Origin: PVC group bacterium
GTDB taxonomy: Bacteria; Verrucomicrobiota; Kiritimatiellia; SS1-B-03-39; PXDE01
NCBI GenBank assembly: GCA_003566475.1
Contig: PXDE01000222.1
Location: 1-32,535 of the forward strand
Length of the DNA stretch: 32,535 nucleotides
Direction: 5' to 3'
Shown here one piece after another: positions 14,562 through 23,296 of the stretch. The translations under genes and the position numbers were made by a program. Positions within the stretch are counted from its first letter, which is position 1, and the number at the start of each line of letters is the position of its first letter. The notes beneath the pieces were generated by a model. That model was not told where the DNA came from and ran no database searches. It saw nothing but the letters and a program-made list of their open reading frames with translations.

Positions 14562-17020
14562 GGCGGCGGCTCCCCGGGCTCGTCCTCCTCCTCGGTCCGG
14601 AACCGGGCCGCCGCCTTGAGGTAGGCGAAAGCGCCCAGCAGCAGGGCCACGCTGATGATGAGGAAGGCGATCACCTTGTGGATGACCGGGGTGTGCTGGA
14701 GGTCCACCAGCAGCACCTTGCCCACCACCACCGCGAACAGCAGCAGCCCCGGGTAGCGGAGGCCCCGGACGTTCCGGAAGATGCCGGTCGCCACCAGGCC
14801 CATCGCATAGACCGCCCACAGAGCGGAGACCCCACCGCGGCGAAGGCCCGGCTGGGCGAAGGCCAGCAGGGCGTTGGTCTCCAGGGTCAGATAGATGAAG
14901 AGCAGGGCCAGAGCGGCGTAGCCGCAGAGCAGGCTCTCCTGACGGCGGGCCGCGACCCGGCGGGCGAGCATGAATCCGGCGGCCAGCACGGCCAGGACCA
15001 CCCCGAAGTCGAGGGCGCGGGCGACCACCGCCGCCGCCGAGTAGGGGACGCCGAGCACCCAGTCGATCCCCGGCCTCCAGGCGGGAAGGTCGATGAGCAG
15101 CAGCTTGCCCCCCGCCACCGCCATGGCGGCGAGGGCGATGAAAAACGGGGCCGGCCGGCCGGTGGCCGCGAACCGGACCAGGAACCAGACGGCCAGTCCC
15201 GCCCAGAGCACGGTCATCATGGGCAGCCGGAAGAGCGGGGCGAGGGAGAAGGCCGCATCGACTTCCAGGTGCAGCACAAGCATCAGGCTGAGCACGGCCA
15301 CCGTGGCGAAGGCCCGGGGCAGCAACCTCGAAGGCGGCGCGGACGCATCCTCGGGGGGAGGCGTCGCCCGCAGCCGCCGGCTCTCGATCCAGCCTCCCGC
15401 GAACAGGGCGGCGATGCTCACCGCGAAGGAAAGGATGCGGTCGCCCATCAGCCGCCCGTAATCCCCCCAGGATTCCGGAGACGGGCGCCCCACGAAGCCA
15501 TGCGCGACATCGAAGGTGCTCAGCCTGACCACCACCAGCACGAACAGGGCCCCGGCCAGGCCGCGCAGGAACCCGCTGTCCACCTTGGCCGCGATCCACA
15601 GGAACATGAGGGCGAGAAGCGCCCAGCTCATGGTGAGGGTGCCGCGATCCAGCAGGAGGGGCAGGGTCACGGCGGTGAACAGGCCGGCCAAGGCGATCAG
15701 GGCGAGCAGCAGCGGCCGGTCGGCCCGCTCCAGGCGCAGCAGCACGAACGCGTGCGCCGCGTAGAACCCGGCCAGACCCAGGGTCACCAGGGAGGCCACG
15801 GCGTCGTCGTGGCAGGCCATGGTGAGCCCCACCATCATCGGCGCGAAGCTCGCCGCCACCGCCACCAGGTAGAGGATCTCGAGCACGGTGGAGGGAACCT
15901 TCCTCGCCACGTGGTGCCAGTAGGCGATGGAGCTGTGGAGCACGAACAGGGCGCAGATCAGCGGCATCACCACCGGATAGTCGTCGGGCTGGTAGCGGAA
16001 CAGGGATCCGCCGACCAGCAGCACCGTGAACCCGAAGCCCAGATAGTTGAGCAGCCGCCAGTTCCGCACGCGGGACAGGCCGAGCACGCCCAGCCCGAGC
16101 ACGGCGAGATAGCTATAGAGCACCCCGAACTGGGCCTCGCCGGTGCTCAGCATGATGGGCGTACCGAACCCGCCGATCAGACCCAGAATGGCCACGAGCA
16201 GCGAGTCCACCCGAACGGCGATCACCCCGGAGGCGACGGTGATGAGGATCATCAGGGCGAAGGCCCCGGTTATCGGCAGGAGGCTGAACATGGGGCCGGC
16301 GGCGTAGGCGCTGAAATACAGCACGGCCAGGCCGCCTCCGACCAGGCCCTGGCCCATCAGGTGATAGGCTTTGCCGAACAGGCGGAGGCCGAAGGCGACC
16401 ATGGCGACCCCGGTGAGGGTGGCCAGGGCGGTGCGGCCCTCGGGGCCGATCAGTCCGCGCTCGATGGACCACAGGAGGAAGTACCCCACCGAGGCCACCA
16501 CGCCGAGGATGCCAAGGCGGAGCAGCCAGGTGCTGGCCACCGCGAACTCCGCGCTGACCCTGGGGTTGCGGAACTCCTCGCCGACCAGGATCCAGCGCCA
16601 GATCCGGCTCAGAATCTCCTCCACGGGGCCGGGCGGGGGCGGTTCGAGCGGAGGCGGGGGCGGAGCCGGGATGGGCCGGGCCACGAACGCGGCCGCCGGG
16701 ACCGTCGCCCGGGCCGGGACGGGTGGGAGCGGAGGCGGCCGGGGAGGAGGTTTTGCCTCCGGGGGCTCAGGGGAAGGCGTCGCTGGCGCCGTCGGGGCGG
16801 GCCGGGGGGCGACAGGCACGGGCGCGGACACGGCCGGAGGCCCGGGCTCCGCCTCGGCCGGAGACGCGGCGGGCCCGCCGGGGGTGAGCAGGCGGCGGAG
16901 CATGGCCCGCATCTCGGACTGGCCGCGGAGCACCAGCCCGAGACGGGACAGGACGGTCGCGGCCATGACCAGAAGCACGACCCCCAGAACCAGAAGCACC
17001 AGGTCCATCACGTCGCTCAT
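14558..17020 (-). CDS. DUF2339 family polytopic membrane protein
   Basis: Start at ATG 17020 ([18 protein letters not shown]...), a proline-rich linker (~90 aa), then many (roughly 20) hydrophobic helices. This architecture is typical of DUF2339. Confidence 0.75.
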   Translation of the reverse strand: MSDVMDLVLLVLGVVLLVMAATVLSRLGLVLRGQSEMRAMLRRLLTPGGPAASPAEAEPGPPAVSAPVPVAPRPAPTAPATPSPEPPEAKPPPRPPPLPPVPARATVPAAAFVARPIPAPPPPPLEPPPPGPVEEILSRIWRWILVGEEFRNPRVSAEFAVASTWLLRLGILGVVASVGYFLLWSIERGLIGPEGRTALATLTGVAMVAFGLRLFGKAYHLMGQGLVGGGLAVLYFSAYAAGPMFSLLPITGAFALMILITVASGVIAVRVDSLLVAILGLIGGFGTPIMLSTGEAQFGVLYSYLAVLGLGVLGLSRVRNWRLLNYLGFGFTVLLVGGSLFRYQPDDYPVVMPLICALFVLHSSIAYWHHVARKVPSTVLEILYLVAVAASFAPMMVGLTMACHDDAVASLVTLGLAGFYAAHAFVLLRLERADRPLLLALIALAGLFTAVTLPLLLDRGTLTMSWALLALMFLWIAAKVDSGFLRGLAGALFVLVVVRLSTFDVAHGFVGRPSPESWGDYGRLMGDRILSFAVSIAALFAGGWIESRRLRATPPPEDASAPPSRLLPRAFATVAVLSLMLVLHLEVDAAFSLAPLFRLPMMTVLWAGLAVWFLVRFAATGRPAPFFIALAAMAVAGGKLLLIDLPAWRPGIDWVLGVPYSAAAVVARALDFGVVLAVLAAGFMLARRVAARRQESLLCGYAALALLFIYLTLETNALLAFAQPGLRRGGVSALWAVYAMGLVATGIFRNVRGLRYPGLLLFAVVVGKVLLVDLQHTPVIHKVIAFLIISVALLLGAFAYLKAAARFRTEEEDEPGEPPP

Positions 17021-17257
17021 GGCGGAAAGGCTAACGCGACCCGGTCCCGAAGGAAACCTCCGATTTGCGACCATCACCATCCGGCTCCCCGCGCCCGTCA
17101 GGGAGGGCGGCTCCCCGGAGGCGTCCGTGTACTCTGGGACTCACAATCGTGAGTTCCAGAGTGCGGTGGCCGGGACAGACGGAGGGGAAGGCTTCGCGGG
17201 CGTCCTTGGATACGGTAGATTCCTGATCCAGTTTCACCTCCACCTCCGAGGCCCCTC

Positions 17258-18463
17258 ATGAAAGCCCTGCCCCTGCTGCTGGTCCTGCCCGCCCTGCTGT
17301 CCGCCGTCCCCGCAGCCGGCCAGGACCGCGTTCTCGCCGACACGCACGACGGCGTGGAGGCCCGGCTGTTCCTGCCCGACGGCGTGGAGACCGTGCGGGG
17401 CCTGCTGCTCCACGTGGCCAACTACCGGTTCCAGACCGGCAACCGGTGGACCGAACTCTGCCGGGAGCTGGAGTTCGGGCACCTGGTGCTGAGCATGAAC
17501 ATGCGCCGGACCAACCGGCCGCGCATTCTGGGCCAGGCGCTGGACGCCGTATTGCCCCGGCTCGCCGAAAGGAGCGGGCACCCGGAACTGGTCCATGTCC
17601 CCATCATGGGCACCGGCCACTCCGCCGGGGGCATGGTGGTGAATGTCCTCGCCCAGCGCCCGCAGCGAATGCTCACCACCGCCATCGACTGTTCGTGGGT
17701 GGCCGACCCCTCCCGCCACCCGCCAGAGCTTCGGGAGGTGCCCATGCTTTTCACCCTGGGCGCCGTGCCCGACGGGTTCAATATGATCCCCGCCATCGAG
17801 AATCACTTCGATCCCGCCCGGCGGGACGGCTGGCTGTACGGACTGGGCTTCGAGTGGGGCAAGGCCCACAGCTTCGGCAACGCGGCCGCGCTGTTCGTGC
17901 CCTGGATGAAGGCGGTGGCCGAACGCCGCCTTCCCGAGGCGACGCCACGCGGGGAGCCCGTGGTCCTCAGGCCGATGCGCGAGGAGGACGGCTGGCTGGG
18001 CGACCGCGCCACCTGGGACACCACCTTCCCGACCGTCGCCCCCTGGGCCGAGTTCGAGGGCGACCGGGCCGAGGCGGTGTGGCTGCCCAGCCGGGCCGCC
18101 GCATGGGCGTGGCGGGCCTATCAGGTCAAGGACTCCCCTGTCCATCTCACCGCCGCCGCCGGCGACGCCTCTCTCGGCGCGTTCCGGCCCTCCCGCGAGT
18201 TCCAGATGACGGTCCCGGTGGGCCGTGCCGTCGAGTTCGGGGTTGCGGCCGGCGACGCCGAGCTGGCGAAGGTGCGGTACGTTGCCGGCGATCGGCAGGT
18301 GGGCGAAGCCGCCGCCGCCCCGTGGTCCGCCACCTGGAACGCCCCGCCCGCCGGTGTCCACACGGTGTTCGCGCAATACGAGACCACCGACGGAACCGTC
18401 GGCGTAACGAATCCCGGGGTCATCGTCGTCCGCACGCCGACCGAGGTGCGGGAGGTTGAATAG
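17258..18463 (+). CDS. Secreted alpha/beta-hydrolase-like protein with C-terminal Ig-like domain (function unknown)
   Basis: Signal peptide MKALPLLLVLPALLSAVPAAGQ. Possible nucleophile elbow in IMGTGHSAGGM. The C-terminal ~100 aa are beta-rich (VHLTAAAGD...VRYVAGDRQVGEAAAAPWSATWNAPPAGVHTVFA...). The coding call is solid; the function is a guess. Confidence 0.7.
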   Translation: MKALPLLLVLPALLSAVPAAGQDRVLADTHDGVEARLFLPDGVETVRGLLLHVANYRFQTGNRWTELCRELEFGHLVLSMNMRRTNRPRILGQALDAVLPRLAERSGHPELVHVPIMGTGHSAGGMVVNVLAQRPQRMLTTAIDCSWVADPSRHPPELREVPMLFTLGAVPDGFNMIPAIENHFDPARRDGWLYGLGFEWGKAHSFGNAAALFVPWMKAVAERRLPEATPRGEPVVLRPMREEDGWLGDRATWDTTFPTVAPWAEFEGDRAEAVWLPSRAAAWAWRAYQVKDSPVHLTAAAGDASLGAFRPSREFQMTVPVGRAVEFGVAAGDAELAKVRYVAGDRQVGEAAAAPWSATWNAPPAGVHTVFAQYETTDGTVGVTNPGVIVVRTPTEVREVE

Positions 18464-18561
18464 CCGTCCTCGCCCGGGGTCTCGGCTCCAGGGGCGGCCC
18501 TCGCCTGCCGGCCATTTTTCTCCACGAGGTGGTGCGTCGAGGGCTACGGGCCGTCGTTCCT

Positions 18562-18714
18562 CTACGGGCCCTGGGCCGCATCGTGGCCTTCGTCCGCCCT
18601 TCGGAGAAGCCTGTTGAAGTATAGGGCGCTATAGAGGCCGACCACCACGGAACTTGGGTTGATCAGGTAGGTGGTCCCATCCGGATCGGGCCCGCCGACC
18701 CGGACGGCCAGGAA
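18562..18714 (-). pseudogene. Start-less 3' fragment of a small membrane-protein gene (FLAVRVGGPDPDGTTYLINPSSVVVGLYSALYFNRLLRR...)
   Basis: Its first 35 nt (18680-18714) are 32/35 identical to 19469-19503 inside the ORF on the other side of the TA cassette. There is no start codon in frame. Confidence 0.35.
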
Positions 18715-18764
18715 CGAAGGCGTTCGCCGTTGAGGATGGCTCGCCCGTGGCGTAAGCTGGGCGC

Positions 18765-18995
18765 ATGGATGTGGCGTGGGAGACATGCCTGGCCGTGGAG
18801 CGTGACCCGGAGCGGGTGGGTGGCGCCTGGGTGTTCCGAGGCACCCGCGTGCCCGTCCGGGCCCTCTTCGAGAATCTGGAGGATGGGGCCTCTCTCGACG
18901 ACTTTCTCCAGTGGTTCCCGGGGGTGGAGCGGAGCCAGGCCGCAGCCGTTCTGGAGCACGCCAAGGCGACCCTGGCGGTTGGACCGACGGCGTGA
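18765..18995 (+). CDS. DUF433 domain protein (putative antitoxin)
   Basis: ...VERDPERVGGAWVFRGTRVPVRALFENLEDGASLDDFLQWFPGVERSQAAAVLEHA matches the DUF433 pattern (dP...G.P.i.GTRipV). Its stop overlaps the next gene's GTG (GTGA). Confidence 0.75.
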   Translation: MDVAWETCLAVERDPERVGGAWVFRGTRVPVRALFENLEDGASLDDFLQWFPGVERSQAAAVLEHAKATLAVGPTA

Positions 18996-19309
18996 AGGTG
19001 TTCTTCGACCAGGGGGTGCCGGTCCCGCTTCGCAGGCACTTTCCGACCCACCTTGTGGTCACAGCCGCGGAGGCCGGCTGGTCCACCCTCGCCAACGGGG
19101 CTTTGCTCCGGGCTGTGGTCGACGAGGGTTTCGACGTGTTCATCACCACCGACCAGAGCCTCCCTCACCAGCAGCGGCTATCGGATCTTCCGCTCGCGGT
19201 CATTGTTCTGGGTTCAACTTCCTGGCCGCGGATTCAGCGCCACGTCCGCGCGGTTGCCGATGCGTTGGCCCAGTCCTCCCCGGGTACGGTCCTTGCCGTG
19301 CCGGTCTAG
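18992..19309 (+). CDS. PIN-like DUF5615-type protein (putative toxin partner of DUF433)
   Basis: VKVFFDQGVPVPLRRHF...EAGWSTLANGALLRAVVDEGFDVFITTDQSLPHQQRLSDLPLAVIVLGSTSWPRIQ resembles the MKILFDQG...GWS.L.NGELL...ITTDQNL.YQQNL proteins found next to DUF433 genes, recalled from memory. Confidence 0.65.
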   Translation: MKVFFDQGVPVPLRRHFPTHLVVTAAEAGWSTLANGALLRAVVDEGFDVFITTDQSLPHQQRLSDLPLAVIVLGSTSWPRIQRHVRAVADALAQSSPGTVLAVPV

Positions 19310-19359
19310 GTGGGCATCGTTGGGAGCACAAGGTGCATATGGCCTCAAGGCGGCGCGGC

Positions 19360-19558
19360 TCAGGGCCCTGGACGAGGAGACGGGTCTGAGGGCTTCCGCC
19401 GGAAGAGCCACACCCAGCCCCCCCCCAGGATGGCCCCGAGGCCTCCGAACAAGCCCAGTTGGACATTTTCCGGATCGGGCCCGCCAACCCGGATGGCAAG
19501 GAAGACCGCAAGGGCCAGAAAGAGGAGCCCGGCGACGACACCCGCCGCGACCTGAAGC
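19360..19558 (-). pseudogene. Small two-helix membrane-protein ORF without a usable start codon
   Basis: ...WLQVAAGVVAGLLFLALAVFLAIRVGGPDPENVQLGLFGGLGAILGGGWVWLFRRKP... The only ATG after the cinA stop (19561) is one frame off. The ORF contains a C9/G9 homopolymer at 19418-19426. Confidence 0.3.
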
Positions 19559-19567
19559 CATCGACGT

Positions 19568-20830
19568 TCAGACCTCGGCGTCGAAGTCGCAGGGCAGGCC
19601 GAGGAGCTTGCGGCGGATGAGGTCGAGGGCCATCTGGACCGCCCAGGCCTTGGCCCGCTCGTCTTTGGTGGCCCAGATGCGGTGACCCCGCACCCAGGTG
19701 CCGTCGGCGGCGGACAGGGCGACATGGAACGAGCCGGCGGGACGGTCCGGCGCGTCGGCCCCGGGCGGAACCACGTCGGAGGCGGCCACCCCGAGATCGG
19801 CCCCTGTGCGCAGACGGACGGCGTCGGCCATGGCGATGGCGATCGCGGGCCCGGCCCGGCCGTCGCCGAGGGCGACGTCGGGGGTCACCCCCAGCCACTC
19901 GAACAGCGCCTCGAGCCGGGGCGCGGTGAGCCCGCCCAGAACGAGCGGCACCTCGTCCTGGGCGTCGGCCAGGCTCTGGGCCAGCCGGCCGCCGGTGTTG
20001 AGTTCGGCCGAGGCGACCGTCCGGTGGTGCTCGACGAGCAGACGGCCGACCACGCGGTTGAGTTCGATGCGGTCTTCGGCATAGACCACGTCGCCGAGCA
20101 GCGCCCGGCAGCTCGCGGCGGCGGCGGCCAGGTCGGCGTCGGCGCCGGGGGCCGCGGACAGGCGCACCTCGACCCGGCCCGCCGCCGCGCAGTAGGCGGG
20201 CTCGACCCCGGCGGGCGGAAACCCGGCGGCGGCGAAGCGGGCCATGATGTCGGACTCGCCGAGCCCCGTGACCATGAACAGCGCGCCCGGCCGGCGCGCG
20301 GCCACCGGGACATGGGCCTCGAGCCAGGGAAGCACATGGTCCTGGAGCACGGCCCCGAACTCGCCCGGCGGGCCGGGGAGCACGAACAGCACCTTGCCCT
20401 CCAGCTCGATCCGCTGGCCGGGGGCCACGCCCACCGCGTTGGGCAGGGCCACCCCCCCCTCAAGGATCTGCACCTGCCGCTCGGACGTGGGGCGCAGGGG
20501 GCGGCCACTGGCCCGGTAGCGCTCGCGCAGAGCGCGCAGCGCGGGTTCGTCCATGACGATCCGGCGGCCAAGGGCGTCGGCCAGGGCGTCGCGGGTGAGA
20601 TCGTCCTCGGTGGGCCCGAGGCCTCCGCTCACCAGCACGATGTCCACCCGGGCGAGGGCGTCACGGACGGCGGCGGCGATGGCCGCCGGGTCGTCGGGCA
20701 GGGTGGTGTCGCGCACCAGCTCCAGGCCCAGCCGCTGCAGGGCCTGGCCGAGGGTGCGGGCGTGGAGGGTGGCGGTGCGGCCGCTCAGCAGCTCGCTGCC
20801 GGTCGAGATCAGCTCCGCCTGGGGCCGCAT
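19568..20830 (-). CDS. cinA: CinA family protein (MoCF-binding domain + nicotinamide-nucleotide amidohydrolase PncC-like domain)
   Basis: MRPQAELISTGSELLSGRTATLHARTLGQAL...VLVSGGLGPTEDDLTRDALA... plus a C-terminal CinA domain. Confidence 0.85.
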   Translation of the reverse strand: MRPQAELISTGSELLSGRTATLHARTLGQALQRLGLELVRDTTLPDDPAAIAAAVRDALARVDIVLVSGGLGPTEDDLTRDALADALGRRIVMDEPALRALRERYRASGRPLRPTSERQVQILEGGVALPNAVGVAPGQRIELEGKVLFVLPGPPGEFGAVLQDHVLPWLEAHVPVAARRPGALFMVTGLGESDIMARFAAAGFPPAGVEPAYCAAAGRVEVRLSAAPGADADLAAAAASCRALLGDVVYAEDRIELNRVVGRLLVEHHRTVASAELNTGGRLAQSLADAQDEVPLVLGGLTAPRLEALFEWLGVTPDVALGDGRAGPAIAIAMADAVRLRTGADLGVAASDVVPPGADAPDRPAGSFHVALSAADGTWVRGHRIWATKDERAKAWAVQMALDLIRRKLLGLPCDFDAEV

Positions 20831-20832
20831 GC

Positions 20833-21804
20833 CTAGTCCGGATAGCCGTCCGGATGGGCCTGATGCCAGGCCCAGGCATGCTCGACAATGGTGCCGATGT
20901 CGGGGAACCGAGGCTTCCAGCCGAGCACGCGGCGGGCCTTGTCCGCCCCGGCCACCAGCCGGGCGGGGTCGCCCGGGCGCCGGTCCACCACCTCGGCCGG
21001 AATGGGATGGCCGGTGACCTTCCGGCAGGCCTCGATCACCTCCAGCACCGAGGCCCCGTCGCCATTGCCCAGGTTGAAGGCCCCCGTCTCCCCGCTCTCC
21101 AGGGCCAGGACATGGGCCTGGATCAGATCCTCAATATGAATGTAGTCCCGGACGCAGGTGCCGTCCGGGGTATCGAAGTCGTCGCCGAACACCTGGACCT
21201 TCTCGGTCTGGCCCAGGGCCACCTTGAGCACGCAGGGGATGAGATGGGTCTCGGGGGTATGGTCCTCGCCCAGCCGCTCCACCGCCCCGCTGGCGTTGAA
21301 GTAGCGGAGGAACACCGGCTCGAAGCCCTCGCGCTCCTGAAGCCAGAGCAGGATCCGCTCGTACATCAGCTTGGACTCGCCATAGGGATTCGCGGGCCGC
21401 TGGGGGGTGTCCTCGGTGATGGGCAGCCGGTCGGGCTGGCCGAAGGTGGCGCAGGTGGAGGAGAAGATGATCCGTCGGCAGCTCGCCTCCTTCATGGCCT
21501 CGGCGAGGTAGATGCCGCCGGTGACGTTGTTGCGGAAATACCGCAGGGGATCCTGCATGGACTCGCCGACCAGCGCATAGGCCGCGAAGTGCATCACCGC
21601 CTCGGGCTGGGCCCGCCCCACCGCGTCCACGATCTCCTGACGGTTCCGGAGGTCCCCGAGGACGAACTCGGCCCGGGAGTCGAGGGCGGCCCGATGCCCC
21701 CACTCGAGGTTGTCGAACACGGTCACCTCGTGGCCCGCGTCGAGCAGGGTCTTCACGGCCACGCTTCCAATATAGCCGGCTCCGCCGGTCACAAACACGT
21801 TCAT
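20833..21804 (-). CDS. galE: UDP-glucose 4-epimerase
   Basis: MNVFVTGGAGYIGS... Rossmann motif and PYGESK (YxxxK) catalytic motif. Its stop lies 2 nt upstream of the cinA start, so the two probably form an operon. Confidence 0.88.
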   Translation of the reverse strand: MNVFVTGGAGYIGSVAVKTLLDAGHEVTVFDNLEWGHRAALDSRAEFVLGDLRNRQEIVDAVGRAQPEAVMHFAAYALVGESMQDPLRYFRNNVTGGIYLAEAMKEASCRRIIFSSTCATFGQPDRLPITEDTPQRPANPYGESKLMYERILLWLQEREGFEPVFLRYFNASGAVERLGEDHTPETHLIPCVLKVALGQTEKVQVFGDDFDTPDGTCVRDYIHIEDLIQAHVLALESGETGAFNLGNGDGASVLEVIEACRKVTGHPIPAEVVDRRPGDPARLVAGADKARRVLGWKPRFPDIGTIVEHAWAWHQAHPDGYPD

Positions 21805-21967
21805 GGCGGCTGAGGATACGGGGGACAGACTCGGGTGGCCACCCAAAACGGCGCGGCCCGCGCGCCGAGGCCTAAGGGTTCAGGCCTCAGGGGACAGGCC
21901 CCTCCACCGAATTCCTGGGTTCAGCCGGATGAGGGGAGAGACGGGCCACGCCTTGGCGTGGCAGTTT

Positions 21968-21995
21968 CATTGGGATTGGGGATTGGTTTCATTGG
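21968..21995 (+). repeat. Heptanucleotide array CATTGGG ATTGGGG ATTGGTT (TC) ATTGGGG
   Basis: Read directly. Upstream of galE, and preceded by the near-palindrome CCACGCCTTGGCGTGG (21946-21961) and a partial inverted family-G arm GGTTCAGCCGGATGAGG (~21918-21934). Confidence 0.75.
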
Positions 21996-22152
21996 GGAAG
22001 GTGGGATGTGCTATGTGGGGTGTGGGCTCGGCCCTTCTCAGCGTCCTGTAGCGGCCGCTCGACTGAGTCTGCGAAGGAGAGCGGCTTCGGCCCATCGTGT
22101 CCGACCACTATCCCGCGGCGTCCTCTCCCACGTCCCCCGCCCGGAGCCGTTC

Positions 22153-22318
22153 TCTCTCGAAGGAACGCACGCCTCGGAAAGGAGGGCCGACCGGGAGGGC
22201 GAGGCTCCTGCCGAGCCGGAGCGAGAAGAAGCCGTGCCCAGGTTCCTGAAACGAGCCGGGCACCAGCCAGGATCGGAGCATGGCCTTCCCTCGCTCGCGG
22301 CTCACCCCGCCACGGGCG
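22153..22318 (+). repeat. Dispersed repeat family F, copy 1
   Basis: Reverse-complement match to 27410-27585, roughly three quarters identical by eye. Shared core is CCGGGAGGGCGAGGCTCC(T/C)GCCGAGCCGGAGCGAG. Both translate to ...SLEG(T/I)HASER...REGEAPAEPER...LKR...AAHPA... Confidence 0.8.
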
Positions 22319-22340
22319 TATTCGCAGTGTCTCAGACCAG

Positions 22341-22631
22341 TCAGGAAGGGAGACCGAGCCGCTCAAGGTCATCGCGGGTCTGCTCGTTCTCGCCCAGGGC
22401 GAAGATCTCCTCAACGGTCATCCTGCACGCGGGGGCGTTGGCCGGGCCGGGAAAAAGCGGAAGGTCGATCCTGCCCCTCTAGCCTGCGTGTCCGGACTCG
22501 GCACTTTCCGGAACCGCCATCCCCTTCCGCAGCAAATGCGCAACCTCCTCCTTCAGCTTGCGGCCCTCCCGCAGCGCGCGGAGCTTCACCTCGTAGACCA
22601 GCGAGTCGGGAAGATCCAGCGTCATCTTCAT
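22341..22631 (-). pseudogene. RHH (VapB/Arc-like) antitoxin gene interrupted by an in-frame TAG; no cognate toxin
   Basis: MKMTLDLPDSLVYEVKLRALREGRKLKEEVAHLLRKGMAVPESAESGHAG-TAG(22481-22479)-RGRIDLPLFPGPANAPACRMTVEEIFALGENEQTRDDLERLGLPS*. Both halves are under 60 aa, so neither appears in the ORF track. Directly downstream is repeat DNA rather than a toxin gene. Confidence 0.55.
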
Positions 22632-22759
22632 GATGCCACCTTGCGAGCTGCCTGGCGGGTTGTCAACGTGCCCGGTGAGGCGATCAAGCGGCTTCGGGTG
22701 CGGATGGGCAAGGTTGCCGACCTGCGTTAGATTCTGCCCCCAGGAGCGGATCTCTACTG

Positions 22760-23296
22760 ATGCCCCAGCCCCCTTCCCATTCCCGCGAGACCTTTCTGAA
22801 GCGGTTTCTCGAAGTCGAGCGGCCGCTGCGGGCCTATCTCTACAGCGTCACCCGGGATGTCCACGACACCGAGGATCTGGTGCAGATCGTGGGGCAGGAG
22901 CTGTGGACCAAGGACGAGGCCTACGACCCGGCGCGGCCGTTCATCGCCTGGACGCTGGGCATGGCCCGGCTGGTGGCCCTGCGCTGGCGGCGGAGCAAGG
23001 CCCGGTCGCCCCTGGTGGTCAGCGAGGAGGCCATCGAATGGCTGGCCGCCGAGACCGAGGCCCACGCCGAGGCGATCAACCGCCGCCACCTGATGCTTGG
23101 GGAATGCATCGAGGAGCTTCCCGAGAAATGGCGCAAGCCTTTGCGGTGGAAATATTTCGACGGACTGTCCCACCGCGAGATCGCCGAGCGCCTCCAGCGT
23201 CGGGTGTCGGCGGTGGACATGCTGCTCTCCCGCATCCGCCAGCGCCTCCGCGACTGCGTCGAGGCCAAATGGGCGCAGGAGGAATGCACCCCATGA
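22760..23296 (+). CDS. ECF-type RNA polymerase sigma-70 family factor
   Basis: Region 2 (...DTEDLVQIVGQELW...PFIAWTLGMARLVAL) and region 4 HTH (LSHREIAERLQRRVSAVDMLLSRIRQRLRDCV). Confidence 0.82.
   Translation: MPQPPSHSRETFLKRFLEVERPLRAYLYSVTRDVHDTEDLVQIVGQELWTKDEAYDPARPFIAWTLGMARLVALRWRRSKARSPLVVSEEAIEWLAAETEAHAEAINRRHLMLGECIEELPEKWRKPLRWKYFDGLSHREIAERLQRRVSAVDMLLSRIRQRLRDCVEAKWAQEECTP

Noticed and set aside
14435-17152. 905-aa plus-strand ORF opposite the DUF2339 gene
   Set aside because: It is dominated by G/Q/H/E/R/P low-complexity sequence with no domain-like segments. It mirrors the codon phase of the real minus-strand membrane protein, so it is an antisense shadow ORF.
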